Assembly (NCBI GenBank): GCA_964016885.1
Contig: OZ024760.1
Span: forward strand, 14,074,001-14,138,000
Direction: 5' to 3'
Length of the DNA stretch: 64,000 bases
Source: Eledone cirrhosa
Taxonomy: Eukaryota
The notes beneath the pieces were generated by a model. That model did no database searches. It was not told where the DNA came from and saw only the letters and a list, made by a program, of their open reading frames with translations. The first letter of the stretch is position 1. Each line of letters begins with the position of its first letter. The translations under genes and the position numbers were made by a program. This document shows positions 29,835 to 44,983 of this stretch, piece after piece.

Positions 29835-31334
29835 ATGAGTTTATATCATCACATTTCTTTCATTGTGTGTGTATGTAAGTGTGGAAGTGTTTGAATATGT
29901 GTGTGTATATATATGTGCGTATGCGTGTGTGTGTATGAGTGGTTTGTATAACGAATAGAGGCTTCAAAAGTGAAGAATGTAGAAAAATAGCCAGATTTAT
30001 GAAAAGTACCCCCCCCTCTCTCTATATATATATATACACACACACATATATATCTACCCAACTCTCTATTTATCAATCTCTTTCTCTCTCCTTCTTTATA
30101 TCTATACATCTACCTATCTATCAACCTACCTATCTATATATCTATCCATCTATCTACCTATACGTGTGTGTGTATATATATATATATATATATTTGCGTG
30201 TGTATATAAGTGTGTGTATATATATGTATATATATATATTTGTGTGTATACGTGTGTGTATATATGTATATATATATATTTGTGTGTATATAAGTGTGCG
30301 TATACATGTGTGTGTATATATGTATATATATATATTTGTGTGTATATAAGTGTGTGTATACTTGTGTGTGTATATATGTATATATATATATTTGTGTGTG
30401 TGCATATGTGTGTATATGGGAGTCTATCTACCTATCTACCTACCTACGGGGATTTCGATTGTTAAATTTGTTTGTTTCAATATTTTTACACAACTGTATA
30501 TAAAATCCTCGGCATGTGTCTTTGTTTTATCCTCTTTTCTTGTGCGCCCTTGTGGCAAACAAAGAAATATATCTATCTACCTACCTATCTATGCATCTAC
30601 CTACCTACCTACCTACCTACCCACCAAACTCTATCAATCTCTTTCTCTATATCTAACTATCTATTTTCCCTTCTATCTTGCTCTATGTCTCCTTCTTTCT
30701 ATCTATGCATCTACCTATCTATCTATCTTTCTCTTTCCCCTCTCTCTATTACAAGAAGACCAATTAAGAAAATTGTCAAATATCAAGAATTTCTCCACTG
30801 TTAATTAAAACTAAAACACTTGAATTGAAAAAAAATGATTTACATTTTTATTTTGTTGTTATTTTTGATGTTTTGTTGTGTTTGTAATAGTTCTGGAATG
30901 TAAAGCATCGCAACTAAATACCACAATAGGCTTCATTCACCACACTACAAACCCTGACAGCATTGTGTTTGGTGCCCTAAGTGGTTAGGATGTTGAACAC
31001 CCTCATGAGTTTGACTACCAACAGTGTGTTGTGTCCTTGGGCCAGACACTTTACTTTGTTGCTCAGGTCGTACCATTAACTCAAAGATTCAGACTTGTTT
31101 ACACACTCTATCATGCTGAATCTCCCTGAGCACTGTTAACAGTGTACACATCTGTTGAGTACTCAACCACTTGAAAATTAATTTCTTAAGCTGGCTGTTT
31201 CTGATGGTCATAAATTTGTCTATTCGTTATTGGACCCAATAGACGTCCAACACTCACATACACCACAGGCTTTTGTAGCTTCCACCCACCAAATTACAAA
31301 ACTTAATCATACAGCCAATGCCTGTACCTATATT

Positions 31335-31733
31335 GTTATTGTTATTATTATTATCATCATTTCCATTATTAATTATATTACACATCATTACTGCTTTACT
31401 GAGCACAGCTCTGTACACCTTGGGTATGAGCAGTGTAGTTTTTGCTGATGTTGTTTCTATTGTATTGATAGTACTTGTAGTAATATGTGTGCAGTGCCTA
31501 GTAGTGCTATCTTTTGTATACTGTATATATTTGTAAGTCCTGGTGTTTTGGCTATGTATTTGTCTGAGTTTTTTTTATCAATCCTAGAGCACCTATTATT
31601 ATAGGTATTGTTTCTGTTTTCATTTTCCACATTCGAGTTATTTCTATCTCTAGATCTTTATATTTGGAGAGTTTCTCTATTTCCTTGGAAGATATATTGT
31701 CTGTGGGGGATTGATACATCTATTAGAAGGCAT
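31335..31733 (-). pseudogene. R4/Dong-like non-LTR retrotransposon 3' end (restriction-like endonuclease domain plus 3' UTR)
   Basis: Minus-strand translation with small frameshifts: LLIDVSIP..DNISSKEIEKLSKYKDLEIEITRMWKMKTETIPIIIGALGLIKKNSDKYIAKTPGLTNIYSIQKIALLGTAHILLQVLSIQ*. Ends in a (TAA)n-like tract. Confidence 0.85.
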
Positions 31734-32070
31734 GTATCGGTAGAGGGTTGGACGCCATGCTTTCCAGCATAGTTACGTCCCTTTACGATCTGAGTTCAAA
31801 TCCCGCCGAGGTTGACATTGCCTTTCATCCTTACGGGGTCGATAAAATAAAGTACCAGTAATGCACTGGGTAATTGCTGGCCTTGTGCCTAAAGTAGAAA
31901 CAATTATTTTTATTACTATTATTATTATTTCCAATCTTGCTGAGGTTAGCTTTGCCTTTCATCCTTATGGGGTCAACAAAATAAAGTATTAGTTACAAGG
32001 TGAGGTCAATTTAATTGACTTTCTTCTACCCCAAAATTGTTGGCCTTGTGCCTAAATCAGAAACTATTAT
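31734..32070 (+). mobile_element. Two SINE-A copies
   Basis: gagttcaaatcccgccgaggttgacattgcctttcatccttacggggtcgataaaataaagtaccag... followed by a second truncated copy. Confidence 0.85.
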
Positions 32071-32322
32071 TAATATTATAACTAGTAGTAGTAGTAGTAG
32101 TTATAGTAGCAGTCCACCACAGCCACCCTCGGTCAAGATTGACCATGAGATTGCACCTAGAACGTATCTCTTCAAGGCACAAGCCTGGGCAGGGTGTGGT
32201 TTTTTTTGTGGAAGACCAACAGTCGCTTAAACAAGCCAGTCTATCCTGTCTTCATACCAATGATGTTGTCTAAGGAAAAACCACAGGCTGATACAGCTTG
32301 GCTCAAGTGTTGTCAGTCACAC

Positions 32323-32426
<104 letters not shown>

Positions 32427-32470
32427 AAGTAAAATAAAAGTTAAATGTTTAAAATTTAGCTTCGTTTATT

Positions 32471-32525
32471 ACTGCTATATATATTTTGGTGACAGCCATC
32501 TTTGGCTGTAACCTCTTCAGGCAGT
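32471..32525 (-). ncRNA. Inverted copy of the 32656 hammerhead with GAAA changed to AAAA (probably inactive)
   Basis: Reverse complement: actgc CTGAAGA ggttacagccaaagatggctgtcacc AAAA tatata TA gcagt. Confidence 0.7.
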
Positions 32526-32655
32526 CCATATTAGTGTGGTATGATTCCAGTTCCTCAGTGAAATAACAACCCAACCAGGAACTGGGCATATCAGAGTATT
32601 GACAAAATTATACACCTCAACAACATATGTACTTGTCTATACCACACTAATACGG

Positions 32656-32710
32656 ACTGCCTGAAGAGGTCACAGCCAAAGATGGCTGTCACCGAAATAT
32701 ATATAGCAGT
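32656..32710 (+). ncRNA. Minimal type-I hammerhead ribozyme, intact core, in a Penelope-like terminal repeat
   Basis: actgc | CTGAAGA | ggtcacagcca-aaga-tggctgtcacc | GAAA | tatata | TA | gcagt. Stem I is actgc/gcagt, stem II is long, the short stem III is palindromic, and AATAAA follows immediately. Confidence 0.82.
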
Positions 32711-32851
32711 AATAAACGAAGCTAAATTTTAAACATTTGACTTTTATTTTACTTTATTTTACATTACTCCGGAGTAACCAAACCAACCTGCGCACCTCGT
32801 CGAGTGCTCCAGCCTGCATACTGAGGTGTTGGTAAACAACCAACATATACT

Positions 32852-32900
<49 letters not shown>

Positions 32901-33390
32901 AGTGGAAGCTTAGTAAAATCGAAGCTTTGGCTGCAGCCAAGCAAAATTGACCTACAATTAGGAATGAGTAGCAAAGCACTTAATAAGGGTAGGACCTCAG
33001 AGTAATAACATTATGTTTAGATAGCTTGACGAATTGAAAATTGCGGCAGGCAAAACCCAGCCATACAATACCAAAAGAACGAAAAAACTAATTAGGTTAG
33101 ACAACAGATATATATATATATAATGAAGGAAATGTGGTAAGGAACCAGATGGACCATAACGCACCAAAGTACTCAATACTTAGGGTAGTAGCTGCCGTCG
33201 GGGTCATACTTGTTCCTATATATATATACATATATATATATACTACAAATATGTGTGTGTATATATACTACAAATATATGTGTATATATATAACTTTGTG
33301 TCTACTCTGTGATTTCTACATAACCTTACCTACTGAGTACACTGAGATGCAACCAGAACTAGCAAGGAAACCTTATGCTAATCTCGTCAA

Positions 33391-33450
<60 letters not shown>

Positions 33451-33711
33451 TATATATTATGAAACGAAGCTTATCAAATAGAATTGACACAGCCTCGGTC
33501 ATTTTATCACTCAGTAATTTAATTTAATAATTTAAACAAATCTATATTATTAAAATACAAATCCAAGAAACTAAAGTGCACACTTATACATTAATCAGTG
33601 AGAAAAACAACTTTGTGTGGGTAAGATATTGGAGTTTCCAGGTCCTAGACCGATGCACTAGTTTCTCCAATTCTGATTGAAACCACCATGTGCTATATAT
33701 ATGTATATACT

Positions 33712-33744
<33 letters not shown>

Positions 33745-33875
33745 CATATATCCAGCTGTAGAAATCAAGGGCATCCAGCTGTAGAAATCAAGCCAGAATC
33801 AGTTCCCGTCCCACCCTTGCAAGCAGGGAAAAGTGGACGTAAAATGATGATGATGATGATGATATATATATATAT

Positions 33876-34004
33876 CGAGGGTGGGTAAAATTCCTGAGAT
33901 CCATGGCTGAGTTCTCTCCAGCGGTCTCTGCCCTTCATTATCGCCTCCAAGTCCTGCATCTCCAAGAGACCTGTGTCTTTCCTTAGGGCATGAATATATG
34001 TCAA

Positions 34005-34006
<2 letters not shown>
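33876..34006 (-). mobile_element. RTE/RTE-X-like LINE 3' fragment
   Basis: TYIHALRKDTGLLEMQDLEAIMKGRDRWRELSH resembles the RTE ORF2 C-terminus (TY..L..DTG....L...M.DR..WR). Confidence 0.65.
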
Positions 34007-34062
<56 letters not shown>

Positions 34063-34301
34063 TACACATATAAACTATATATGATATTGGGCAAAGGAAA
34101 GGCAAAGGTCAAGACAGCTTGGCACCAGTTTCATAACAAGGTGTTTTCTCCTGCTGAGTGGACTGGAGCAATGGGAAATAAAGTGACTTGCTCAAGGACA
34201 ACCATGACGTCACATGTATGAATTTTATGATTATGAGCTGAATAGTCTAATCACTAAACCATTAATAAAAGACTATCTATTTATCTCTCTCTGTATGTAT
34301 G

Positions 34302-34345
<44 letters not shown>

Positions 34346-34556
34346 TACATATATATACATACATACATATATATATATACATATATATACATACATACAT
34401 ATATATACATACATATACATACATACATCTATATATAAATACACACATATATACATATATACATACATATATATATACACATACATATATATATACATAC
34501 ATATATAATATATACACATACATATATACATATACATATATAATATATACACATAC

Positions 34557-34587
<31 letters not shown>

Positions 34588-35428
34588 CACATACATATAT
34601 ACATACATAAATATATATACATACATACACATATATACATATAAATATATATATACATACATATAATATATATACATACATATAAATATACATACATATA
34701 TATATATATAAACACACACATACATACATACACACATATATATATATATATATACATACACACATATATATACATACACACATATATATACATACACATA
34801 TATATATATACACACATATATACACATAATTATTAAACAGTATAGAAACCTCAACAACCAGACTGGAAAGACTTAATTAGGGAAAATAGAAATGAAATAA
34901 TATAAAATACACACAAAAAACATTGCAACAAACAAATAAAAATGTTTTTCAAAATGAAGATTATAGGAAAATTTCCAATAACAAATTGGTGTGAATGTGT
35001 GCATGTGTGTGTGAGCGTGAGTGTGAGGATGTGTGTGTTATTAGTTTTCATTTGGCTTGATAGCGATATATTTAAATGCTTGCTTATGCATACATGAATA
35101 AATATATCTATATATGTGTGTGTATATATATATATAGAGATAGATATATACACACACACAGATGTAGATTAATGTCTGTGCCTGTGATATAAGAGGACTG
35201 AATATTAAAAATAAAATGTCCATAACCATATACATAGATTACATAATTACATACATATATTATATACAAAGATACACATACACACACACATATATATATC
35301 ATATACAAAGACACGCACACACACACACACATATATATATATATCATATACAAAGACAAACACACACACACACACATATATATATATCATATATAAAGAC
35401 ACACACAAACACATAGATATATACAAAG

Positions 35429-35493
<65 letters not shown>

Positions 35494-35799
35494 CACATAC
35501 ATACATATAACTTTGAAGCAAAAAACACCAATGGAGAGGAGTTATTTAAGTACTTTAAGTTTAGTTTCATTTCCGCTTGTCAAAATAAAGTCCATATATT
35601 TTGGGGTTTCTATTTATATTTAAACAATCAAAATAGAACAATCTAGATATTCAGTTACGGTCTCATGATGAGACGATTTCAAATGGAAGAAAAAAATGCC
35701 ATGTATGAAAAAATAGGAAAAAAATAGCCAATATCAGTTGAAATAAACTTCAATTAAATGGTTTATTTGATGAAACATGAATAAGATAAATTATGCTTA

Positions 35800-36400
35800 G
35801 ATGTTAAGTTTAACCATGATGAGATTTATAGAGAATGGGATGAAATCAGATAATATATATAGTGATCAAGATAAAAAGAAAATGAAATATAGTGAGATCA
35901 AATGTAACTTGAAATATAAGATAAATTGAGATCAGATGTAATATTAAATTAGATGAGATAAACTGGGATCAACTGTGTAATATGAAACAAAATACAAGAC
36001 GATATAGAGATCAAGTGGTGAGTTCAAACAAGATGAGATATACTGAGATCAAATGTAAGATAAAACAAGATGTGATGAACTAAGATCAAGATGAAACAAG
36101 GTAAGATAAACTGAAATCAGATATAACATTAAAAAAGAAGAGATAGATTGAGATCAAGTATATGGTTAAAGAAGATGAGATAAACTGAGATGAGGTATAA
36201 CATTAAACAAAATGTGAGAAACTATGATAATATGTACAGTTAAAGAAGATGAGACAATTAGAGATCTGATGCAAAGTTAAACAAGGTGAGACAAATTGAG
36301 ATCAGATTCAGCGCGAAAATAGAAAAGATATATTGAGATCAGGTTTAATTTGAAACAAGCTGAGATAGACTACGACCAGATGTAGAGTTAAACAAGAACA
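35800..36400. repeat. Old minisatellite, ~38-bp unit (gagatca....aaacaagatgagataaact)
   Basis: Recurring gagatca and aagatgagata motifs. Confidence 0.75.
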
Positions 36401-36510
36401 GAATTATAACAAGTTGATACTATAAAATTCTAGTATGAAATATTCTGAAACTAGATAAGACATCTTGAAATCACTCAACATAATGGTGGTAAGGGCTTGT
36501 AACTCCTGTG

Positions 36511-36822
36511 GAGTTGTAGGGGCGCCATATTGACATACAGCATTTCCAGGGCATTTTTAAAACCTGGCAGAGCCTATTTCTTCTCCAGGTCTGAATATAG
36601 TAGATTTCTTCCAGAGAAGGATTGAGAGAGTGAGAGAAAGGATGTGAGATACAGATATAGAGGAAGAATCGACCCCCAGTACTTGACTCGTATTTTTTTT
36701 ATCAACCATAAATGGATGAAAGGCAAAGATGACCTCACCGAGATTTGAACTGAGGGAGCAGAGCACCGGAACGAATACTACAAAGCATTCTTTCCAACGT
36801 TTTAACAACTCTGCCAATTAGT
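36511..36822 (-). mobile_element. Second copy of the alternative-tail SINE-A subfamily
   Basis: Collinear with 245-466. Confidence 0.7.
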
Positions 36823-37696
36823 CATCTATACTCGACATAGTAGAAAAAGTCTGTTTCAAGCCTGGAGGCTCATCAGATCATAGTTTATCCCGGTTTCATT
36901 GGTGTTATGTAACTGAGAGTATAAGATTCTTCCCTGGACGAGAGTCCAATCCATTGCAGTTTTAACGCCCCAGTTACTGCTGGTACTCCTTTTTAGCTGA
37001 GTAAACTGGTGCAGCAACCTAAAGTAAAGTGTCTTGCTCAAGAAAACTATGTTCCACTTAATCAGTAATCAAACCCACAATATTGTGATTGTGGGTTCAA
37101 CACACAAACCACTAAGCCACACACATTTTCACAACTAACGTAGATTAGTTAATTTGAGATGAAATTACATCATGTGATTGAGACCAGATCTGGGTTGATC
37201 GAATTAAATTGGTGATGTGTTAAACTAAATGAGTAGGGTTTATATATATATATATATATTTTTTTTTTTCTTTCTATTTTCATGTTTTTAATGAAAGAGG
37301 GATTGAAATTTTGAATTAGTAAAAATTTATAGGATGATGATTAGAGATAATTAAAATTAAATGGATTCCTCGGAGATAGAAACAATTCTAAATGTAGACC
37401 CATTAGAAGGTGCTAACTAAGCATGAAATCTGTGGAAAATTCATAAGGAATGTGGAGAGAAAAGACAGAACAGTTAATGAAAGTTAATATATATATATAC
37501 ACATGTATATAGTATATACATATATATCTATATACATGTATATGCATGTGTGTGTGTATATATATATATATATACACATATATATATATATAGTTGAAAA
37601 TGAATGAACAAAACACAGGAGGCAAATGTATACTGTTACATTAGGTTCACACTTGGTGGAAGTGGATATATATACATATACATGTGTATATATACA

Positions 37697-37799
<103 letters not shown>

Positions 37800-38214
37800 G
37801 TGTGTATATATATATATACATGTGTGTATATATATATCATCATCATCATCATCATCTAGAGAGAGGGAGAGAGAGAGACAGAGAGAGGAGGAGAGAAATA
37901 GAGAGATAAAGACAAAGGAAGCCCAATGAGTAAAAACAAATTTAGTTTATATATATATATAGAGAGAGAGAGTAAGGAGAAGAGGAGGAACCAATGGAGG
38001 AAGCCCCTTGAGGGGGTGGGGGTTAAAGTATATTTAGGGAGCTAAGTTTATTGAATGTAATTTGTTAAGTAGGACAAACCACATGTGACATGAGTGAAGA
38101 GGATTGAAGTATTTTAACTAAATTAACGAACTATGCTAATTAGGTGCTTTACTAGATGAAAGTGGAGCATCATGGGAAATACACACATACACAATTTAAA
38201 AGGACTCACATGAT

Positions 38215-38339
<125 letters not shown>

Positions 38340-38419
38340 GTATATATATATATACACAGACGTAGTCATTTAAAATGAATTGCATACACGCTGACATACA
38401 AATACAAAGTTACACACAC

Positions 38420-38456
<37 letters not shown>

Positions 38457-39368
38457 CTGAGAGACAGAGAGGGAGAGGGAGAGAAAAAGAGAGAGAAAGA
38501 GAAAGAGAGAGAGAGGTACACATGTATATATCCACATATATATTTGTACAGGCAGTATGTACACTTCTAGGTAGATACCCACAGCCATCAATATAAATGT
38601 TTATATGTGTATTCATAGGCACACACACATCTGTATGCACTCACTCACTCACTCACACACACACACACACACACAAACACACACTCACACTCGCATAGAC
38701 AGACACATAGAGACATAAGTATACAGATAGACATGCACACACAGAGGAATAAGCAGTCAGATAGACACATACACACACACTCACATATACATAAGCAGAT
38801 AAATAGACATACAGAGACACAAGACAGATAGACACACTCTCTCTCTCTCACACACACACACACACAGAGGAATAAGCAGACAGATAGACACAGAGGGACG
38901 TAAGTAGACAGACACACAGAGACATAAGACAGATAGATGTGCTCTCTCACACACAGAGGAATAAGCAGACAGATACATACATACACACACACACACACAC
39001 ACTTGCATAGGCATAAGCAGACAGACACACACATAGAGACATAAGTATACAGATAGACACACACACACAGAGGAATAAGTTAGAAGACATATATAGACAT
39101 ATATATAAACATAGCAGTTACAATATAATGGTTGTTGAGAAAGAGAGGGATTTATAAGATAAGATATATAAATAGACTTGTAAACTAAAACATCTCTTGT
39201 CTTATCTTAATTCATTGTTGATCACACCTTAACATCTCTCCCTAAGTTAAACATATTTCTCATTATATTGTTGGTCATGGACCAAATTATAATCACTGGC
39301 TAAACATCAGCTAGCTAATGTCCTTTGTCTTAACACTAGTCATGGCCTAAATTAAGACCACTATTTAA

Positions 39369-39845
39369 CCCTTTAGCATTTGCATTACTATTATATTTTC
39401 ACGGTAAAGGCTTTATCTCATAATATCAAATCTACGAGATTTCGATGATGTTATTATTTATTTTGAGAACAATACTTTAATGTTGATATAAGCGGCAAGT
39501 TATGGCTGGTTATAGCCAGTTTGAACAGAAAGAGGTGAGAGAATTCTGGTCAGATACGGCTGGCTTAAATGCTAAAGGGGTAAACATCATTTAATTAATG
39601 TCTTTCCATCTCAACACTGGTCATGACTGAAATTATAATTAGGACTATTGGTTTAACTCCTTAGCATTTAAATTGGCCGTATCTCGCCAAAATTTGTTCA
39701 CTTCTTTCTGTTCAAACTTGCTGTAACTGTCCACTCGTACTGATGTTAGGGTATTGTTCTCAAAATAAATAATAACAAAATCTCATAGATAATTATGTAA
39801 GGTAAAGCTTTTACCATGAAAATACAATAGTATATATAGAGTAAT
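39369..39845. mobile_element. piggyBac-like MITE (39369-39579) plus an inverted, truncated second copy (39657-39845)
   Basis: ttaa|ccctttagcatt ... aatgctaaaggg|gtaa. The second copy begins ttaa|ctccttagcattt and is the reverse complement of the first. Confidence 0.72.
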
Positions 39846-39949
39846 CATCATCATCATGTCAAAATACCAAGATTAATGAACAAAGAACCACCATCATCTG
39901 GACATAACAAACCCCAGGAATTAGAAAATAAAGAGCTACAACATATATA

Positions 39950-40800
39950 GTAATGAGGGCAGATTTAGCTGTTTTATTGTGATGAACAAAGGGGCTTGTG
40001 TATGGTAGATTTATTGAGGGAAGATTTAGTTGTTATATTGTGAGGAACAAAGGGGCTTGTGTATGGTAAATTTATTGAGGGAAGATTTAGTTGTTATATT
40101 GTGAGGAACAAAGGGGCTTGTGTATGGTAAATTTATTGAGGGAAGATTTAGTTGTTATATTGTGAGGAACAAAGAGCCTTGTATATAGTAATGAATTTGT
40201 TGAGGAAAAATTTAGCTGCAACATTGAGCAAAACAAAGGGGCTTGAGCATGGTAGTGAATTTGTTGAGTGAAAATTTAGTTGTAGTACTGAGCAGAGCAA
40301 AGGGATTTTAGGGAGTCAATTTAAGGGAATATTTGGCTGTAATATTGAGCAGAGCGAAGGAATTTTAATGTGGGAGTTAGTTTAAGTGAGTATTTGGTTG
40401 TAATATTGAGCAGTGCAAAGGGGCTTTGAGAAAGTATTCTTACAAAAAATTATAATAGGTTTATATTTAAATAAAAACACTTTAAAAATCAAATGTGTTC
40501 TTTATCATAGAACCAGGGGCAGTTTCAGGTGGGATGTTTTGAAAAGGGGTTAACATGGTAGTGAGTTTGTTGAGGGAACATTTGGCTACCATACAAGGCA
40601 GACCAAAAGAGGTTTTAATATAGCAGTATTTTTATTGAGGGATTATTTCACTGTTAAACTGAACAATCAAAGGGGTTTTTAATATAGGGGTCAATTTGTT
40701 GAGGGGAGATTTGGCTGTCATATTGCGCAAATCAAAGGGGTTTTATAATATAGAGGTCAACTTGTTGAGGGAGGATTTGGCTGTCATATTGAGCAGATTG
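39950..40800. repeat. 61-bp minisatellite with a homogeneous start and diverged distal units
   Basis: gatttagttgttatattgtgaggaacaaaggggcttgtgtatggtaaatttattgagggaa at 40023, 40084 and 40145. Confidence 0.9.
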
Positions 40801-42020
40801 TGGTTGATAACATTTCCATATTATGAAAGCATATTCTACTCATTCGTTGCTTAATGAACATCAACATCAACAATGATGAAAATAACAAAAATGAAGAAGT
40901 AGATGTATGTGTGTGTTAGTGTGTGAGTGTGTGTGTGTGTGTCAGTGTTTGAGTGTTAGTGTGTGGGTGTTAGTGTGTGTGTGAGTGTTAGTGTGTGTGA
41001 GTGTTAGTGTGTGTGTGTGTGAGTGTGTGTGTTAGTGTGTGCTAATGTGTTTTCAGTAATTACACAGAGCCAGATATTGGTTTTACACTTGTTTCCAGGA
41101 AGTCCTACACATAACTCTGTAAGTGGGTTCTAATGTTTTTTACAGATAAAAGTACACACACATACACACATATATACACACACACCACACACATATATAG
41201 ATACACAAACACACACACATAAGCACAACACATGCATACATACACACAATGCTGTACAGCCCCTAAACACACAAAGTCCTACATTCCTGGGTAGTCTAAT
41301 GTAAACACTGCTTGACACAGGAAAAAACCCTCAAAAACAAATATAACAAAAACAAACACAAGTACAACAACAACAAATATAACAAAAACAAATACAACAA
41401 TAACAAATATAACAACAAAAACAACAAACACAACAATAAGAATTACAACAACAAATAAGGAATTCTTATTTACACCATGGAGTTTCTGTAGACTAACTCT
41501 GGTGGGAAACTGTGTCGTTACTGGAAGTTTCCGCAATATCGTCATTAATCAATCAATTAACCGTATAATTTATATATTTAATTATTTATATATTTATTTA
41601 CTTATTTATTTATTCAGAAGTTGATTTGGTCAGTCGTTAGCTAACGAGGAATTTCTTTTTTTTTTTGTTTTCAATTTCGATTTTGAATTTTTTTTTTTTT
41701 TTTTTGTAGTAGTTGTCTTTTTACATGTGTGTTTGAACATTTAGGAATTTATAGAGGAAAGTGAGATGGAAGGAGATGGAAAGGAGAGGAGTCAGGGAAA
41801 AGAGAGGGAGAGAGAAACATAGATGAATAGGTGGGGGAGGGGGATAGAGAAAGAGGGAGAGACGAGGGGATGAAAAAGAAATGTAAAAATACTAAAACTA
41901 AAACTGACCACAGCCATAACAGTGAAATTTGGTAGAAAGAGATTGTGTGGAAGCCTGTCATATATGTATACACTCTCACACATATATAATCATTTTTATA
42001 TGTTTTTCTTGCTCATCATG

Positions 42021-42080
<60 letters not shown>

Positions 42081-42153
42081 CATTATATATATTATATATA
42101 TATATATAATCATTAAAATTATATATATATACATATATATATATATAATCATT

Positions 42154-42204
<51 letters not shown>

Positions 42205-42241
42205 CATTAAAATTTAAATGATCATAAAATGTTTTTTTAAC

Positions 42242-42293
42242 AAACTCTGAAGAAACCTGTAATTGTTGCACAGGCAGAAACAGCTGTCAATTC
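42242..42293 (+). ncRNA. Minimal hammerhead motif, intact core, imperfect stem I
   Basis: aaact CTGAAGA aa cctgt-aattgttgc-acagg ca GAAA cagctg TC aattc, with palindromic stem III cagctg. Confidence 0.65.
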
Positions 42294-42661
42294 AAAAATG
42301 CTTTAAATCTTTAGTATAGTTTTAATGTTAACGTATAACAGCTATGTATGACCCCTACTGCATCAAGCTATAGATCAACCTGCAAATCAGTATACCATTA
42401 ATATTATAACTATAATATCAATACTAATATTGTACATATAATAATTAATTTTACATCTGCTTTGTCATGCTAGCATGGGTAGACTTCGTGTGTATTTGAG
42501 TTTACTGCTTGTTTATGTCAATTGGTTCAACAGACATCAATAAAATAATATATATATATTCCAAGAGATGTCAACATGAATGGACCTGTTATTTTTATCT
42601 AAAGACATTTTTTCCAATTCAACCCTGCCTGTCCCTTCAGTCTATCTTATTTCTCATTCTT

Positions 42662-42697
42662 TCTTCTGATGAAGGACTATCGTCCAAAACGTTAAGA
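42662..42697 (+). ncRNA. Degenerate hammerhead (cGAAA to cAAAA)
   Basis: tctt CTGATGA a ggac-tatc-gtcc AAAA cgt t aaga, preceded by a pyrimidine-rich segment. Confidence 0.58.
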
Positions 42698-42809
42698 CCC
42701 TCTTCCTGCTATTTCGAGCATTAATTTAATATATTCCTTCTATATACTGCACCGATTGTGTTGTTATTTCTGTTTACCTTTCATACACACACATATATAT
42801 ATATATATA

Positions 42810-42899
42810 GATCGACTTTCGTCAAATTGGACCGACGAAACAATGTTTTCATTGGTCTTTCCAATTGCTAATACTATCTATCGGTCACAACTCCAGGTA
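42810..42899 (+). repeat. 90-bp dispersed repeat; inverted copy at 45505-45594 and decayed tandem copies at about 1415-1520
   Basis: 6 mismatches in 90 bp between 42810-42899 and the reverse complement of 45505-45594. Confidence 0.85.
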
Positions 42900-43694
42900 T
42901 ATATATATGTAAGAACCAGTAACTCTAGATGGAATGATAGGGGTGCCATAGTGACATATGGCATGACTTGGTCATTTTATACCTAACAGAACCCATCCCT
43001 TTTCCAGTCAGTTTCTTATCAACCTTCAAAGAATCAAAGGTAAAGATGACCTCAGCGGGATTTGAACTCAGAGCACAAAGAGCCAAAAAGAATTCAGCAA
43101 AGCCTACTATTCAACATTCTAATGATCCAGCTAATTCACTACTTGAAATAAATATTAGCCTTGAAGTGAAAAAAACAAACAAACTGTATTTGGGTTGATT
43201 GATTGACTAAATCCATTCAAGAGGGTACCTAGCATGGCCACATTCTAACACTAATCCACAGTGAAACAAGTAAAAGAATAGAAAAATATAAATAAACAGT
43301 AAAAATTTATGATTGCACCCAAGCGGTTAACTTGTATAGGTACAAAATACTTGACTGTTGAGGGCAAACATGATATAAGTATAAAGAAGAAAATGGAGGG
43401 TGGTGGTGATGAAAAGAATCAGGTGTAAAGTAGAGTGTGTGTTAGTGCGAGTGAGTGTGTTTGTGTGTATGTGTTAGTGTCATTGTGTTTAAGTATTTTA
43501 GTGTGTGTTAGAGCTATTATATGTATTAGTGTGTGAGTGTGCATATATATATAGGTATTTATGTAACTATATATATATATATGACTATAGGTATGTATTT
43601 ATATATATATATATATGTATGTATATAGGTATGCATGTATATATATGTGCATATTTATATATATATTTACTGTATATATAAATATATATATTAT

Positions 43695-44130
43695 ACCGGG
43701 TCACTCTTGAGTGCTACTGGTAACATGTAACCCAGTACAACCAGTTGCATGGTCGGGTCGTTGGCGACTAAACCGGCAACCCCACCAAGTTTACTTGGTG
43801 AGGAGGGTGATTTTGGACACTCTGCAGGACAAAAAACAAAACCTGACAAAGGGCAGAAGAACTCATAAGAGTCAACGGCCATCCAAAAGTGTGTAAATAT
43901 GTATATACAGATGTGCCGTGCGGTAAAACCACTGGGAGTGAAGGACCCCTAGCCTTTGTCAGGGCATTCTTCTAGTAGAAGGCAATTCAGGAAACTGGCA
44001 TAACTCCGATATAAAACCTGCGGCTCAGTAGTTATCGATAATGTTGATCTTTTCTTCTTTTCGGGTTATAGCTACTGTTGCTCAGAGAGTGGGATTAGCT
44101 CAGGGCACAGTCTTTCCTCGCTTTAAAAAA
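43695..44130 (+). mobile_element. Probable 5'-UTR fragments of RTE-type LINEs
   Basis: GC-richer islands between (TA)n tracts with motifs such as ggcaaccccaccaagtttacttggtgaggagggtga and gtcagggcattcttctagtagaaggcaattc, which resemble RTE 5' UTRs from memory. Confidence 0.4.
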
Positions 44131-44431
44131 TATCTTCACGCGCAGGCATTGCACGATAGAATTTGCACAATAGAATTAATTAATAATTATTAATAATGGT
44201 ATATCATGCAATGGCCATACTCAATAACGAGGGGGAAGCCATCATCATCATATATATATATGTATATATATATATGTATGTATATAAGTAGGTATGTATA
44301 TATATATGTTATGTATGTATATATATAAATATATATGTATGAATGTATGTATATAGGTATATATATATATGTATATATATATGTATATATATATATATAT
44401 AAATATATATGTATGAATGTATGTATATAGG

Positions 44432-44465
<34 letters not shown>

Positions 44466-44483
44466 TGAATGTATGTATATAGG

Positions 44484-44531
<48 letters not shown>

Positions 44532-44827
44532 TGTATGTATATAGGTATATATATATATATATATATATATGAATGTATGTATATAGGTATATATATATAT
44601 GTATATATATATATATGAATGTATGTATATAGGTATATATATATGTATATATATAAATGAAAGGTATAGAAATTGTTTTAGCGAGAAGCTAACAGTATTC
44701 CATAACATATATGTATATATATATATATATATATGAATGTATGTATATAGGTATATATGTATATATATATATAAATGTATGTATATAGGTATATATGTAT
44801 ATATATATATAAATGTATGTATATAGG

Positions 44828-44867
<40 letters not shown>

Positions 44868-44880
44868 CACATATATATAT

Positions 44881-44917
<37 letters not shown>

Positions 44918-44918
44918 T

Positions 44919-44983
<65 letters not shown>

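Noticed and set aside
36850-36882. Minus-strand ctgatgagcctccaggcttgaaacagac as a hammerhead
   Set aside because: No convincing stem I or UH cleavage site, and it is the 3' part of a SINE-like element.
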